Assembly (NCBI GenBank): GCA_013239625.1 | Contig: MU057073.1 | Coordinates: forward strand, 3,266,022-3,330,021 | Direction: 5' to 3' | Length of the DNA: 64,000 bases | DNA from: Lama guanicoe | Taxonomy: Eukaryota | Shown: piece by piece, positions 11,966 to 23,510 of the stretch | Position numbering within the stretch: position 1 is the stretch's first letter | Layout: every line of letters starts with the position of its first letter | Position numbers and translations under genes: made by a program | Notes under the pieces: generated by a model | Database searches by the model: none | What the model was told of the DNA's origin: nothing | Seen by the model: only the letters and a program-made list of their open reading frames with translations

Positions 11966-11995
11966 CCTTGGGTAGCCAAGAGACTGTGTCAATTA
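11952..11995. repeat. 44-nt inverted repeat (hairpin)
   Basis: TAATTGACACAGTC-C-CTTGG-GTAG-CCAAG-A-GACTGTGTCAATTA: a 14-bp and a 5-bp stem, one mismatch, 4-nt loop. Confidence 0.95.
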
Positions 11996-12944
11996 CATGG
12001 GAACAGGAGGGAGGTGTAAGACCTTGTCATAAAATCACAGAAAGGAATTGTAGATCCATGATCGTGCCAAAGGCTACAGCAGGGACCCTGGACAGAGGCC
12101 CCGCGGCCAGCAGGCTCTGCCCAATGGATTCTTCCATAGAAGAGGGAAGACAGCGCCCAGAGCCGGAAGGGAGCCCCATCTCATGAGTGACTGGCCAGCG
12201 GTACAGGGCGGGTGGCAGACTTAGCAGGTGAGGATTCCGGACTTGACTAGACCGGAATCTCCACCTTGACGAGCTGCAGTCAAACTACTGCCCTGACCTG
12301 GCACAAGATAAAGGGAAAGCCAGTCCTGGAGGGACAGACCCGATTCCGGGTGACCTGCTATGACCCAAATCCGGGGGTGGACGCCCCTCTAGAACGACCT
12401 ACAGCCACCCACAGGCCACCCTGCTCTCGGGGACTGAGTCACATCCTACTTGGTAGCTGCGGATGGTTTTACTTTGCGGTTAAGTCATAGCTAATGAGGT
12501 CGTTAAAAAGAAAAAAAGCAAATGAGGTAACCACATGGCAGAGCCGTTTTCAGGGAGGGGGCGGCCAGAGTCCCTTCCAGGTTTGCCCTGACACCCACCA
12601 GGGCCCAGGTGCTTCCAAACATCTGTACGTGACACTATTCCAGAGTCTGTCCATCCACACTTGCCAGAGCTGGGGTCTGCCTGCTCCTGCCCCGGAAGCT
12701 GCCAGCGTTTGAGAGGCAGTTCAGCGAGTCTGGGAAGAGGCAGGAGTGTGGGAGGAAAGGCAGAGTCTGAGGCCACGATTGCACTTTGGGACCTGCGGGT
12801 GGGTTCACAAAGGTGGGCTCTAGGCCTTGGCAAGGGCCTGGGTGACGGTTCTGCACGATGGTCCCTTACAGCTCAGCAGTGACAAGCCATGTCCACTCTC
12901 ATCCCAGTCTCACAGTGGGTCCAGGGTGCTGGCGGAGCTGGCGC

Positions 12945-13015
12945 CACGTTAGGGAGCAGGGAACTGAGGCCCAGGGAAGTGAGATGGCTTTCCAAGGGCA
13001 CGCCTGGCAGAGGGA
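12945..13015 (-). mobile_element. MIR fragment
   Basis: GGGAACTGAGGCCCAGGGAAGTGAGATGGCTTTCCAAGGGCAC is the reversed MIR core. Confidence 0.7.
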
Positions 13016-13519
13016 ACGTGGGCAGGGCTGACGTAGGCCTCCTGGCCTCCATCCCTGCCGCTCCCACTGCGCCCTGATGCCTTCCAGGCCATATCCTGTG
13101 ACTGAACATCTTCCCATCGAGGGGTCTTTTGAAGAAAGTTCAGGACAAGGATTTCCACTTCTGGGAGCAGGCCTTCCTCTTCCAACCCACTCTGGCCTGG
13201 ATCCCACCCCTTTTAGGAGCCTTCCTCCAGCACCCAGCACCCAGCTCCAGGCCCTGTACCTCAGCTTCTGTATTCCTCCTTTCTTACAACTTACAATGTT
13301 CTGGAACTTTCCTCCAGTGCTACTCCAACTGGCTCCTCCTCAAAGCTTGTCTCCCCCAGTCCTTTGACCTGGAAGTCAGAAAGGCTATGGAAGGATTCAT
13401 AGGCTGGAGGTTAGGAAAAGTGAGTTCTAGAACTTTCCACCAACCAAAAGCATTATATTTAACAATGAAAAATAATCACAGGTTTGAAGACGGTTTCACG
13501 GAAAGCGGCAGTATTCCAA

Positions 13520-13700
13520 AGCAGGACACAGGCTGAAGCCCAGGTCAGTCTCTCCCTGGCTGTGCCATGCTGCCTGTAGCACCCTCCGTCTCTGAGCCTT
13601 TATCTCCTCACATAAAACTGATATCATTGTAATTAGCACTGAGCAAGATAATGTGATACTGTACTCAGTGCTTAGCAAGTATCATTACATTGTCAATATG
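13520..13700 (+). mobile_element. MIR SINE
   Basis: GGCTGTGCCATG...TCTCTGAGCCTTTATCTCCTCACATAAAACTG...GATAATGTGA...GTGCTTAGCA. Confidence 0.7.
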
Positions 13701-13744
13701 AGCACTTGTCCCTCCCCCATTACAGGCAATTAAGAACCAAAACT

Positions 13745-14190
13745 CTCATCCATCCCTCCATCCATCCATCCATCATCCACTCATCTATCTAACCGTTCAT
13801 TCATCTATCTGTCCTCTTGCTGACCCATCCTCTCAGCCATCCACTTGTCCATCATCTGCTTATCCATCCACCATTCATTCATCCATCCATCATCCACCCA
13901 TCCATCCACATATCTATCCATTCTCTTATTCATCCATCCATCCACCCATCCATCTATCCACCCATTCACCTACCCATCCTCCTATTGATCTATCCTCTCA
14001 ACCATCTACCCATCCGTCTATTCACTTATCCACTCATACATTTATCCAATCTTTCATCCATCCATCTATCCATTTGTTTATCCATCCATAACATCTATCC
14101 ATTCCCTCATCCATCTACCCATCCATTCATTCAGGCATTGCTCATCCGTCCATCCATCCATCCACCCACCAACCCTTCCGTCCACTCCTT
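13745..14190. repeat. Degenerate (TCCA)n/(GGAT)n simple-repeat tract, ~440 bp
   Basis: Continuous CATC/TCCA/TCTA units. Confidence 0.95.
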
Positions 14191-14639
14191 GGCCTTAGGT
14201 GACATCAGAGCTCTGGATTTCCGTGGTCTGAGCCCAGTGCCCTTACATCTCCTTACAGTTCTCTCTCGAATTCAGCTTCCTCCTCCAAAACTGAGATCTT
14301 TTCTAAGGACCTCTTGGAAAGCCCTTTCCATTGCTCTTTGGCAAAAGACTTTGCACGAGAGCTACAGACTAGGCTTCAAACTACGGGTGGTCCCTTCTGC
14401 CTCCTCCCTGCCCCTCCCACTCCTCAGTTCTGCATGATGGGGCCAAGAGGTGAAAACAGAGTGGTTATCCTTTTCTCCTCTGGTTCCTGAGAGAAAACTG
14501 AACAAAGAAAACGCACTGTCCTTTGGCCCCTGTCACGCTACAAAGCTCTGGAGGTCTGGAGTGCTGGCTCTCAGAAGCTTACTCAGTTGGCACCGACTTC
14601 TATTGAGGAGGACAAATTTAGGTTGAGAAATGCACAAAA

Positions 14640-15200
14640 CAACCCAAGATGAGTTGAGAGTACCTCTTTTTCCTTTTCCTTTTTTTATTCACTGGTGCCC
14701 AAGACTGAGGTTCTTTTTAATATGTCAGGCTTTTCAAAAAATGATTAAAATGCACCAGATTATTAAATAGAGCTATTTCAGACTTAATTTAGCAAACTGT
14801 AACATTTTTATCATTTTTCTAAAGCCCTTTTTAATGAAAACCTTCTGCAAAGAGACCAAATATCAAGACTGAAACCATGTTTTCTCTGCATTTGTTACCC
14901 CTGAAGATGTTGTTTCCAGATTTTCCAGAAATAATACATTTCATTTAGAAACCCGGGCCTCTGCAGTGGTGCCGCACATCTCTGAATTTTCCAATTTACA
15001 GCACAAGAAGTTAATACTGCGGTAATGTTTCGTTCTTGCCAGCTCCCGACCACAGTTTCATACCTTCCTCGCCTCTTCGTAAATGGAGGACTTGTAGCGA
15101 GAGTCAATCCAATATGTTTATTTTACATGAGCCCGAAAAATGCGATTCTAATAAGCATAAACATATTTTCTCAGCGACAAACGTCTTCATCCTGATTTCA
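14640..15200. promoter_or_regulatory. AT-rich unique block, candidate conserved non-coding element
   Basis: Sharp AT-rich island in GC-rich surroundings with no repeat recognised. Many TAAT/ATTA and TGTTTA(T) motifs; CpGs retained. Confidence 0.35.
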
Positions 15201-16429
15201 AAGGTCATCGCGTGTTGCCATTCCCTGCGAGCGGCCTCCTCCATCTGGCGGGTGTGGGACAGGAGGCGTCCGAGTTGGATTTGCACCATGCAGCGTGGGA
15301 TCTGTTTGAGAGCTGTGTCTGCCCATCTGTGTCCCAGCCTGTCCTGGACACCTCTCCAGTGACACCTCATTAACAAGGGTGAGACTTCCAGCCCTAGAAA
15401 TGACAGCCGGGCAGAAAGCTACCAAAGCACTCCCTCGAAAGTGATTTCTCACGTCTGACCTGGCTTGGTGGCCACCCAGTAACCACGGGCCTGGCTCCTT
15501 GTTGGAAGCAGAGGCAGCTGGGCTGCGGGGAGCCCTGTGGGGTGGACTTGGCCCTGAGGCTCCAGCTAGTGAGGTTGGGACTGGCACACACCCAGTCGGA
15601 ATGAAGCCTGGCTGAACCAAGGTCCTGGAGGGGGGCCACTCACCTGGTTTGGCCCCTCTGGCTTCCGAAGCCCAGTGGCAGAAGTCCGGTGGGGCCCTGA
15701 GGCCAGGACGCCCCTCCTTGGCACCCCCTGGAGGGCGTCCTGTGAACCCAGGGAACTCTAGAGACAAGATGTGGATTTGATGGGGGTGATGGAGCCCACA
15801 GCCCAGAAAGGGCACCACTGCGCCTGATCCACCACAGCAAACATCCCGGCAACAGGCAGAGTCTGGGGGACAGGGCACCTCCTGCGCCACACCGCCAGGG
15901 TTCCCCCAGCTGCTTCCGAGCGCAGGGGGTGGGGGTGTTGTCCCACCTCTCCCAGCTCCTGGGTCAGGCGGACCCGCAAGTTACTGCCCACAGTCATGTT
16001 CGGGCCTCAGCATCATGGGACCGGCCACCGGGAACAGGATTCTATAGGTAATGGGTCATCCCAAGGAGCCAGATGTCTCATCTGATGTGGGAAAAGACAG
16101 ATCCAAAGAGGGGCAAGACTGGCCGAAGTCCATCAGTGAGGTAGTGGTGTGGGCAGACCCCAGGTCTCTGACCTCCCCGCCCACGGCCGTGTCCGCCCCG
16201 CCCCACGCCCAGGCTTGGCTCCAGCAAACCTCCCCACACATTCTCCCAAGAAGTTAGGCCAACTGGAGGTTCAGCTGAGGTCACCAAGAACTTCTGTGAA
16301 TGTCACATCCCGCCTCGTGCTCCTCATCGCTGCAAACACCCCCAACTGGCCCTGCCGCCAAACTAGCAATCTTCCGAGCCCCGTGCTGCGAGGAACAGAG
16401 GTCCAATTCAGCCTCCCGGGTGGGAGAGG

Positions 16430-17000
16430 GATCTCATTAAGGCCCTGGCAGCCGACGTGGGGTCTGAGGCATTGTTTTTAATGGAAAAAACCAAGAATTT
16501 GCTGTTATGTGTTAGACTAAAGGCTTTATCTATGGGAATTAATCGGATTGCTACTGGCCTTCAGTCACGGAGCTATCGACTCCACATCCTGGGAGAAGAC
16601 ACCGACCGGGGCCTCGAAATTGGTTCATTTCTCTTTCTGGTGTTTAATGAAGGCCCGGACGGCTGGCGCACGCGGCTCCTCCCCGGGGCAGCCGCCAGTG
16701 ACCTCACCTGCGCTCCCCGCCTCCGCGCCGGCCCCAGCCTCCCGCCCCTGCTCAGCCAGCGCGCTCGCCCGGCCAGATCATCACCCGGACACGCAGCGCC
16801 GGCCACGAACTGCCGCTGCTCAGAGTCCTCCTGGCTCTGCCCACGGCCTCCAGAATCATATTCCAACGCTCTCCCCCTCGAGCTCGAGTTTCAACACACT
16901 TTAACCCCTTATCGGAGTACAATACACAGAGGAAGGGTGCACGGGGTGCAGGGGTACGCGTTAAATCGTCATCAAGCAAGAGGCACAGCCCTGCAGCCAG
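16430..17000. promoter_or_regulatory. Candidate enhancer: homeodomain sites adjoining a CpG-rich core
   Basis: CTCATTAA 16433; TTTAATGG ~16477; TAATCGGATTG 16540-16550; TTTAATGA ~16643; CpG-dense segment 16600-16860. Confidence 0.5.
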
Positions 17001-17784
17001 CCTCTCCCGGATTAGGAAACAGTCCCAGCAGGGCCCCAGAGACCCGCCTCCACACCTCCCTTCAGATCAGCGGACCCCTGGCCCCAGGGCTGATCATTAT
17101 TCTGATTTCTACCCTTTTATTTAGTTTTTTTTTTTTTACCAGTTATTGCATTTGACACATAGAATCGTCCCTCACATAGTGCACTTTTTTGTGGTGGTTT
17201 GTTCAACAGGGTTTTAAAATGCCATGTCTCTGCGCACTGGGAAACAGAGTAACTTTCATCCCCACCCCGATGTGGGACAGGCCCCACAGTGCCACTCCGT
17301 CTGCCCCAGTGTGTTACCAATACTGCCAGTCCTTGGCAAGCAGCCGAGGGATCCCCTCCTCCGGGGAGGCCCTCTGGATTCCCCTCCCTCCTGAGAGCTG
17401 TCCCGTGTGGGTGGAAACTTTTTCCGCCCCATCCCCTCCAGGTCAGGCACGAATCTCCGGTTAGAAAGGGAGCCATTCAGGGATGGGGACTATTGGGGGA
17501 ACCTGGTAAGGGCCTGCCACCCAGGGGGAAGGTTTTGGATCAGGTCATTGGGTGAATGGGGTTTACCATTCAGTTGCTGGATTCCCGTTTCTTCCTGTAT
17601 TTTAATGCATCCTGTCTCAAGGTGGGAGTTCACTTGCCATCGGCATCATGGATTTCAGAGGGGGAGGGAATCTCCTGGGAAAGAAAGAAAGAAAAAAGAA
17701 GAAGCAGTGACGGGAGGGAGGGGGAGGGGAGGACAACTACAGATGTCTGAGTGCCTCCTACAGGCCAGCTCCGCCAGCCACTCT

Positions 17785-17990
17785 GCCCTGAGCTCCAACC
17801 CATCCATCTCAGCACCTCCTTAGGTGACTTCGGTTCCCTGCAGGCTGTGTGTTACTTAACCTTCAAATGTTACTAAACCTCTCTGAGCCTCTGTTTTCTC
17901 CTCTATAAAGTAGGCATCATGTCGTCCACCTTGCAGGGCCGTTGTGTGGACTGGTGACAATAGGGCTCGGCCCACAGATGTGCCCACGGT
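17785..17990 (+). mobile_element. MIR SINE
   Basis: TTACTAAACCTCTCTGAGCCTCTGTTTTCTCCTCTATAAAGTAGG...ACCTTGCAGGGCCGTTGTGTGGA. Confidence 0.8.
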
Positions 17991-18599
17991 GCCAGCTGTG
18001 ATGACCATCTGTCCTGTCTGCATCTGGCCTCAGAGGAAAGAAGAAAGGCAGGGCAGCTCTCTCCGCCCTTGGAAGAGGCTCAGAAAACTCCCAGGAGGGT
18101 CCTTGCAGCGCAGCAGCCTCCCCCGTGTCCTGGAGGAAATCTCAGAACCTGTTTTCTCGCCTTGTAGACCCTGCTGGGTGTGACCCCACCCACCATCTCC
18201 AGCAGCCCACAGGGAGCACCTGTTTTCTTCAAGCCTGGGATGAGACGAGGTTCTGCCCAGGGAGTGGGGAGCAGACCCCTAGAGCTCTGGACACCCCCAG
18301 CCCTCCCACCCCAGAGATCTGATGGCCCCATGAGGCGGGGAGGCACTGGAAACTGCTCTGGAGATGCAGAGAGCTTTAAAACTCCAAGGACCAGGGGCCC
18401 TGGGTGCTCGATTCCCAAGGAAGCTTCTCTCCACTGCACCCTCACTGAGGTGTCCGTGGCTGGTGCAGCAGCCCCTTCTCCGGTTCCCAGGGCCTGAAGC
18501 TCCCAAGGGACCCATCCATTCTGACCAGTGGGGGAGGGGGCGGCAGTCACCCAGCTGGCAAAAACCCGCCTCAGTTAGTCCTAAATGCACTGGTGATGT

Positions 18600-19290
18600 T
18601 ACAAATTACAAATGACCAGAGCATCAGAAAAGACAGGGAAAATGCTAGACTCTGGGGTGGGGAGGAGTTTTCCTGAGTGAAACTCAAACCCCAGAAGCAA
18701 TAAAGGAAAATCATGAGAGCTCTGGGCGCTGGAGACTCGCAGAAGACTAAAATTAACAGACGAATGGCAGATGGGAGGGAATATTTGTGACACCTCTGAT
18801 AGACAAAGGGGCAATACTCCTAATAAACAAAGTTTCCTCCAAATTAATTAGAAACAGCTCTCAGTAGGAAATTGGACAGAGGCTCTGAACAGTCAATTCA
18901 CAGAAGAGGAGTGAAACAGCAATAATTGTCCAAAGAGCTTCTCGTCCAGGGAAAGTTAAACTACAAAATGAAACAATGAGATTTTTTGGAAAGCTTTTCA
19001 CCTGTAGCAGTGGCCCAACATCCAAGGCTAACTCGGGCTGGAAAAGTGGGCCACACAGATGTGTTCACCGCTGTGCCCCGGGACTGTGTTTTGGGGAAGG
19101 GGCTTTGGCAGAATGTTCTGTAATGCAGATTGCGCGGCCCCTCTCGGACCCAGACACGGTAGGGATCTAGCTTTTCTTGCAGTGACATCTTTGTCTCTGC
19201 GTCACCAGGACACATCCTGCCCAAATCACTCCTTGTCTATCTTTAAAACACTCATGTTGGACACCATAAAAATAGGGTAATGCACCCCGC
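18600..19290 (+). mobile_element. Old L1 (L1ME-like) ORF2 3' fragment
   Basis: CCCAGAAGCAATAAAGGAAAA...GGGAGGGAATATTTG...ATAGACAAAGGG...TGAACAGTCAATTCACAGAAGAGGA. Confidence 0.75.
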
Positions 19291-19419
19291 CCACCTTCAT
19301 GCAGAGGGCTGGCTGGGCACGGCCTTCCTGCGTCCAGGCCCCTTCTCGGTGGGTCAGGAGGCAGAGGGCAGCTTCTCCTGGAGGGCAGGGGCTGGGGCTT
19401 ATAGGAGGGTTGCTAGTTA

Positions 19420-19565
19420 AGGGAGTGAAAGAGAGGGTTGGCGGGTGGAGGAGAGAACAGGAAGAAAGGAAGAACACTGGGGAGAGGGAAGGAAAGGGAG
19501 AGAGAGGGAGGGAAGAAGGGGGAGGGGGAGGGAAGACGAGGGGGGGGCTGCCGGGAGAGACGGAA
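19420..19565. repeat. Polypurine (GA/G-rich) low-complexity tract
   Basis: Almost exclusively G/A on the + strand, with several G-runs. Confidence 0.85.
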
Positions 19566-19769
19566 CTGGGTGAGGATTCCCAGCCCCCCTTGACTCCGCC
19601 ACCCACCCTGACTCCGCCCCCAGTGCTTTAGGCACCAGCCTCCTAGCTCCCTGGGGAGGCGCTTTTCTCCTTTATGAAGGAGTCTGAACATCAGACTCCT
19701 CTCCGCCCCAAGGCCCTCTTAGATTCGCTGGGAGTTGTGAGGAGCTGCCTTCAGAAAGGGCCCCTGCCA

Positions 19770-20183
19770 CCCGGTACTTCCACCCCACCCAGCCTTGCCC
19801 CTCCAGTGTCAGCTCGTCTTCACTGACTTGCTTCTAATGAAAGGAAGCAGCACAAAGGTTGGGCTGTCACTTCTAAGATTAGGTTTTAAGAAGCTGTGGC
19901 TTCCGTCTTGGGCCCTGTCCCTCCCTCACTCAAACTGCATGCTCTAGAGGAAGGAAGCTGCCGGGTGAGGCTGCCCGGGCCACGTGAGTGAGTGAGGCCG
20001 CAGCGGACCCTGCCCACAGCAGCTGAGCCATCTGATGGGACAGCAGCCCAGCTCACTGCCGACGGCAGTCCCTGGGAGACCTTGCGATGAGGCGTGGCGC
20101 TCAGCCGCTGCAGCCCCCCGGACCCTCGGAACCTGGGGGAGATGGCAGGTGTTTGCTGTTACACAGCATAAGTAGCTAATGCA
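19770..20183 (+). mobile_element. MaLR LTR (MLT1E/F-like)
   Basis: TGACTTGCTTCTAATG...TGTCACTTCTAAGATTAGGTTTTAAGAAG...; ends TGTTACACAGCATAAGTAGCTAATGCA. Confidence 0.8.
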
Positions 20184-21115
20184 GGAGGCCGACCTCTCAG
20201 AGGGCGCGGGCATTGTCCTGACATGCCTGGTCACCAAGGGCCCTCCTGGGTCCAGTCTCGGCGTTTCAAATGGGGAAACTGAGGCCTACACCAGGGCGGG
20301 CTTTGCCTGAGGCCTCTGCTGCTTTGCTCAGGGACTGGAGCACCTTCCTCAGCAGGACAGTCTGACAAGGCGCAGGCCTGGCTTCTGGGCCAGGAGCTGT
20401 GATGTCCGGAGGGCTCCCGGCCAGGGGGAGACGACCACTGACTGGTGGTGCTTTCGTATGAGAAGGCCCTTGAAGCTGGACAAGGGATGGGCCCAGAGTG
20501 GGCCCAGGGTGAGTGGGGACCTAGAGAATCGCTTCCACCCGCTTCCCCCACCCAGTCCCTGCAGCCGCCCCCCTGAACTTACCAGCCGACCTCGCAGTCT
20601 CTCACAATGCCCTTCAGCTACTGGGGCAGTGCGGGCGCAGGCAGGGTGGGGCTGGAGTGGGGACAGGGCGGGGGTCTTGTGCAGGACGCTGGTCTCCAGG
20701 GTCTGTCTAAACTGACAGGGGTCACTGCAACCCCTCAGGTGATCGACGAGGTTTTGAGTCCAGTCGCCCTCACTGTAAGTGAGAAGCTGGGACTAAAAAG
20801 GGACCTGAGGCCAGGGTCGAATCTCTGTAGAGTGACGAGCAGGCTGGGGCTGGCACCCCAGAGCCAGGTGTCCTGACCCCAGGACTTGAGTGCATAAACC
20901 TCACTAAATATGGAGATTGAAGCCACCCCAGGGGAACCCCCAGGCGTCCCAAAAAGAGGAGGGGCTCAGGGAGGCACTGACACCCTAGATCTGAGGCTGA
21001 TGGGTCTCCCCACTTCCTCGCCCGTGTCCCTGGGCCTCCAGTTCTGGGTGGGCAGTGGTGAGTGATGCTCTGTGTACTGCTTTCTGGAGGAATGACAGTG
21101 CGGGGTCACCAGTGT

Positions 21116-21299
21116 GGGGCCACCAGATGAGATACAGGACGCCCAGTTAACTTTGAATATCAGGTTGCCAAGAAATAATTTTTTTAGGAGACATGTATCC
21201 AGGCAGTATTTGGAACATACTTGTACGAAGAAGGTACCTGTGGTTAATCTTAATTTAATGGCCTATCTTTTTCTTATTTGCTAAATCTGGCCGTCCTCT
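21116..21299. mobile_element. MER53-like non-autonomous hAT DNA transposon
   Basis: CCAGATGAGATACAGGACGCCCAGTTAACTTTGAAT...TTATTTGCTAAATCTGGC matches the palindromic MER53. Confidence 0.8.
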
Positions 21300-21760
21300 G
21301 ACAAGGGTGGGCGGATTCTCTTTGGGGAAGATGTGAGTTGCAGACTCAACTAGGAAAAGTCGGGGTCTGATGATCAACACTCCCACCCCTAGATCCCGCC
21401 TCCACAGCCCTCTCGGCTGGGTTTCAGCCCCATATACCTCTTCAGCCTGGGCCCGGAAGCAGGAACAAACTGCACAGTCCTATGAGGGTGAGGTGGGTTG
21501 GGCTGAATTGAGAGGTGATGAGTTCCCCGTCACAGGAGGTATCCCACTTTGGGCACTCAGCAAGAGTGCTGGTCAGAGCTGAGGATGAGCTGGCAGGAGA
21601 AGAGGGGCGTGCATCAGCCACTCCAGTGAGACCGGAGAGAGGAGGCCCAGGGCTTGCCCGCTGAAGGGCGTAGTTGGAGCAGGCCCTGTGCACTGGGGAG
21701 CCTGGGAGGGGAGAGCTGGAGGGGCCCCAGCGCAGGCAGGCTGGGGGGACAGATGGGAGG

Positions 21761-22214
21761 GTGTGATTTCCTAGCGCCGCTGTGGCAAATCACCACACAC
21801 TGCAGCTGGAAACAACACAGATTTATGATCTTACAGCTCCAGAGGTCAGAAATCCCACATGGAGCTAGAATCAAGGTGTCAGCAGAGCCGGCTCTTTCTG
21901 GAAGCTCTGTGGGTGGGTGGGAGGGGATCTGGTCTTCGCCCTTTCCATCTCCACGCCACCGCCCGTACGCCTTGGCTTGTGGCTGCTTCCCTCTCCCACC
22001 GTCCTAGCCTCTCCGGCTCTGCCACTCTCGCCCCCTCTCCCTTTCCCTAAAGGGCCCTGAGGTGACACTGGGCCCACCCGGATCGTCCAGGACCACCTCC
22101 CAGTCTTGAGGTCCTCAGTACACCTGCAAAGTCCCTTTGCCACACGAGGCACACACACAGGTCCCAAGGACTAGGACGCGGGCATCTTTGGGGTCCATTA
22201 TTCTGCCGAGCACA
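21761..22214 (-). mobile_element. MaLR solo LTR (MLT1D-like) with 5-bp TSD GGAGG
   Basis: AAACAACACAGATTTATGATCTTACAGCTCCAGAGGTCAG...CATTATTCTGCCGAGCACA. GGAGG at 21756-21760 and 22215-22219. Confidence 0.88.
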
Positions 22215-22219
22215 GGAGG

Positions 22220-22355
22220 CGTCTGTGGTTTTCTCCAGAGGGGCAGCTGGCAGGGCTGCCAAGGGGCTCCTTGGAGGTGTCCTCAAAGCCAATCGCAGGG
22301 GCTTGGACTTTTCCTGGAGGCCCTGAAGAGGCGCTGGCTGGTGGGTTTTAAGCCT
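22220..22355 (-). mobile_element. L2 fragment
   Basis: GGGGCTTGGACTTTTCCTGGAGG...GGGTTTTAAGC resembles antisense L2. Confidence 0.45.
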
Positions 22356-23384
22356 GGACCCTTCCCAGGGCCCCAGACATAATCTCAGATGGGTCAGCCT
22401 CGGGCCCTGCTGCTTAGAGGGAGCGTGGGTGGGGGGCGGCCTAGGCTCCCTGTGACCTGGTGTGGTGGCTGGGATGGAACCTGTGGGGTGCTGCGGCGGG
22501 GGCCGGGCTGGGGGTTGCCAGCCGGCTCCAAGGCCCCTGCTCCCGCACAGCTGGTAACACATGCTTTACATTAAGGCTGTGAGGGTGTGTTTTCCATCCT
22601 GGTTTGGCACACGAGGGATGCCTGCTGCAAATGGTCCTAGAGGGGCCGAGCTAGCTGGAATTCCGAGGCTGTGAGCTCTGCCTGTGGAGAGGAGGCCTTT
22701 GAAGCTGATGAGGTGGGGGGCGGGCGTCAAGGGGGCCGAGCATGAAGTCACCCCATCCCCAGCCACCCTGGTCACAGGGGCGAGGTCTGCTTGCCATAGA
22801 GCCGGGGGCTCACTCAGGACCCCGTCGAGGAAATGCAGCCCACGGGAGGGGTCTGCTGTGAAGCCTGCTAGCTGGGAAGTTTGATGCAAGGTCACAGGTG
22901 AGATGAGACTCGGCATGGTGGAAGGTTCTGGACTTAGTCTGTGATGGGGGCCTCTGCCCCCTCCCCCTATGTGTGCCTGGAAGTCTCTGGCCTTTATCTC
23001 TCTTCAGAGGGAGTCGGGCCAAGGCTGAATGTTTCCTGGTCAGACTGCGGACACTCAGGCCCCTTCAGGTCCTCTGAAGCCGAGGAGGCTTCATCCAGAC
23101 CCCATGGTGCTGACCCCGGGGGCTCCCCACCCCAGCCAGCCTGGGCTCCAAACATTTACCGCCATCTCACGCCCCACCTGGTCCTCGCCGCCACCACTGT
23201 CTCCCACCGGCATGACCCCACCCATCTCCACACTTTCTCCACCCTCCACAGGGCACATCAGCCTTTCCTACGCAAGGCGGCCTCCCCAGCAGGGCTCTCA
23301 GTGCCCAGTCACTCCCGGCAAGGCTGCCCGCGCCACGCTGCCCGGCTGCTCTGTCTCTGACCAAGCACAGCCCTACCTTCCCCG

Positions 23385-23510
23385 TCCCCTGCACTCAGCC
23401 CTTCTGTCCTGTGCCCGGAGCTGCAACAGGGCCCAGACCTGTGCTAGGAGCTCAGGCCACCACAGAGAAGAGCACAGACATGAATCCTGTCCCTGCGGAG
23501 GGATGGGAAC
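23385..23510 (-). mobile_element. L2 3' end fragment
   Basis: CCAGACCTGTGCTAGGAGCTC...ACAGACATGAATCCTGTCCCT. Confidence 0.55.

Noticed and set aside
12232-12262. Inverted repeat GATTCCGG...CCGGAATC
   Set aside because: An 8-bp stem is expected by chance in 64 kb.
13817-14437. 206-aa His/Pro/Ser/Ile-rich ORF
   Set aside because: It is a translation of the (TCCA)n repeat.
16457-17155. 232-aa ORF over the CpG-rich element
   Set aside because: No recognisable protein similarity; stop-poor GC-rich DNA explains it.
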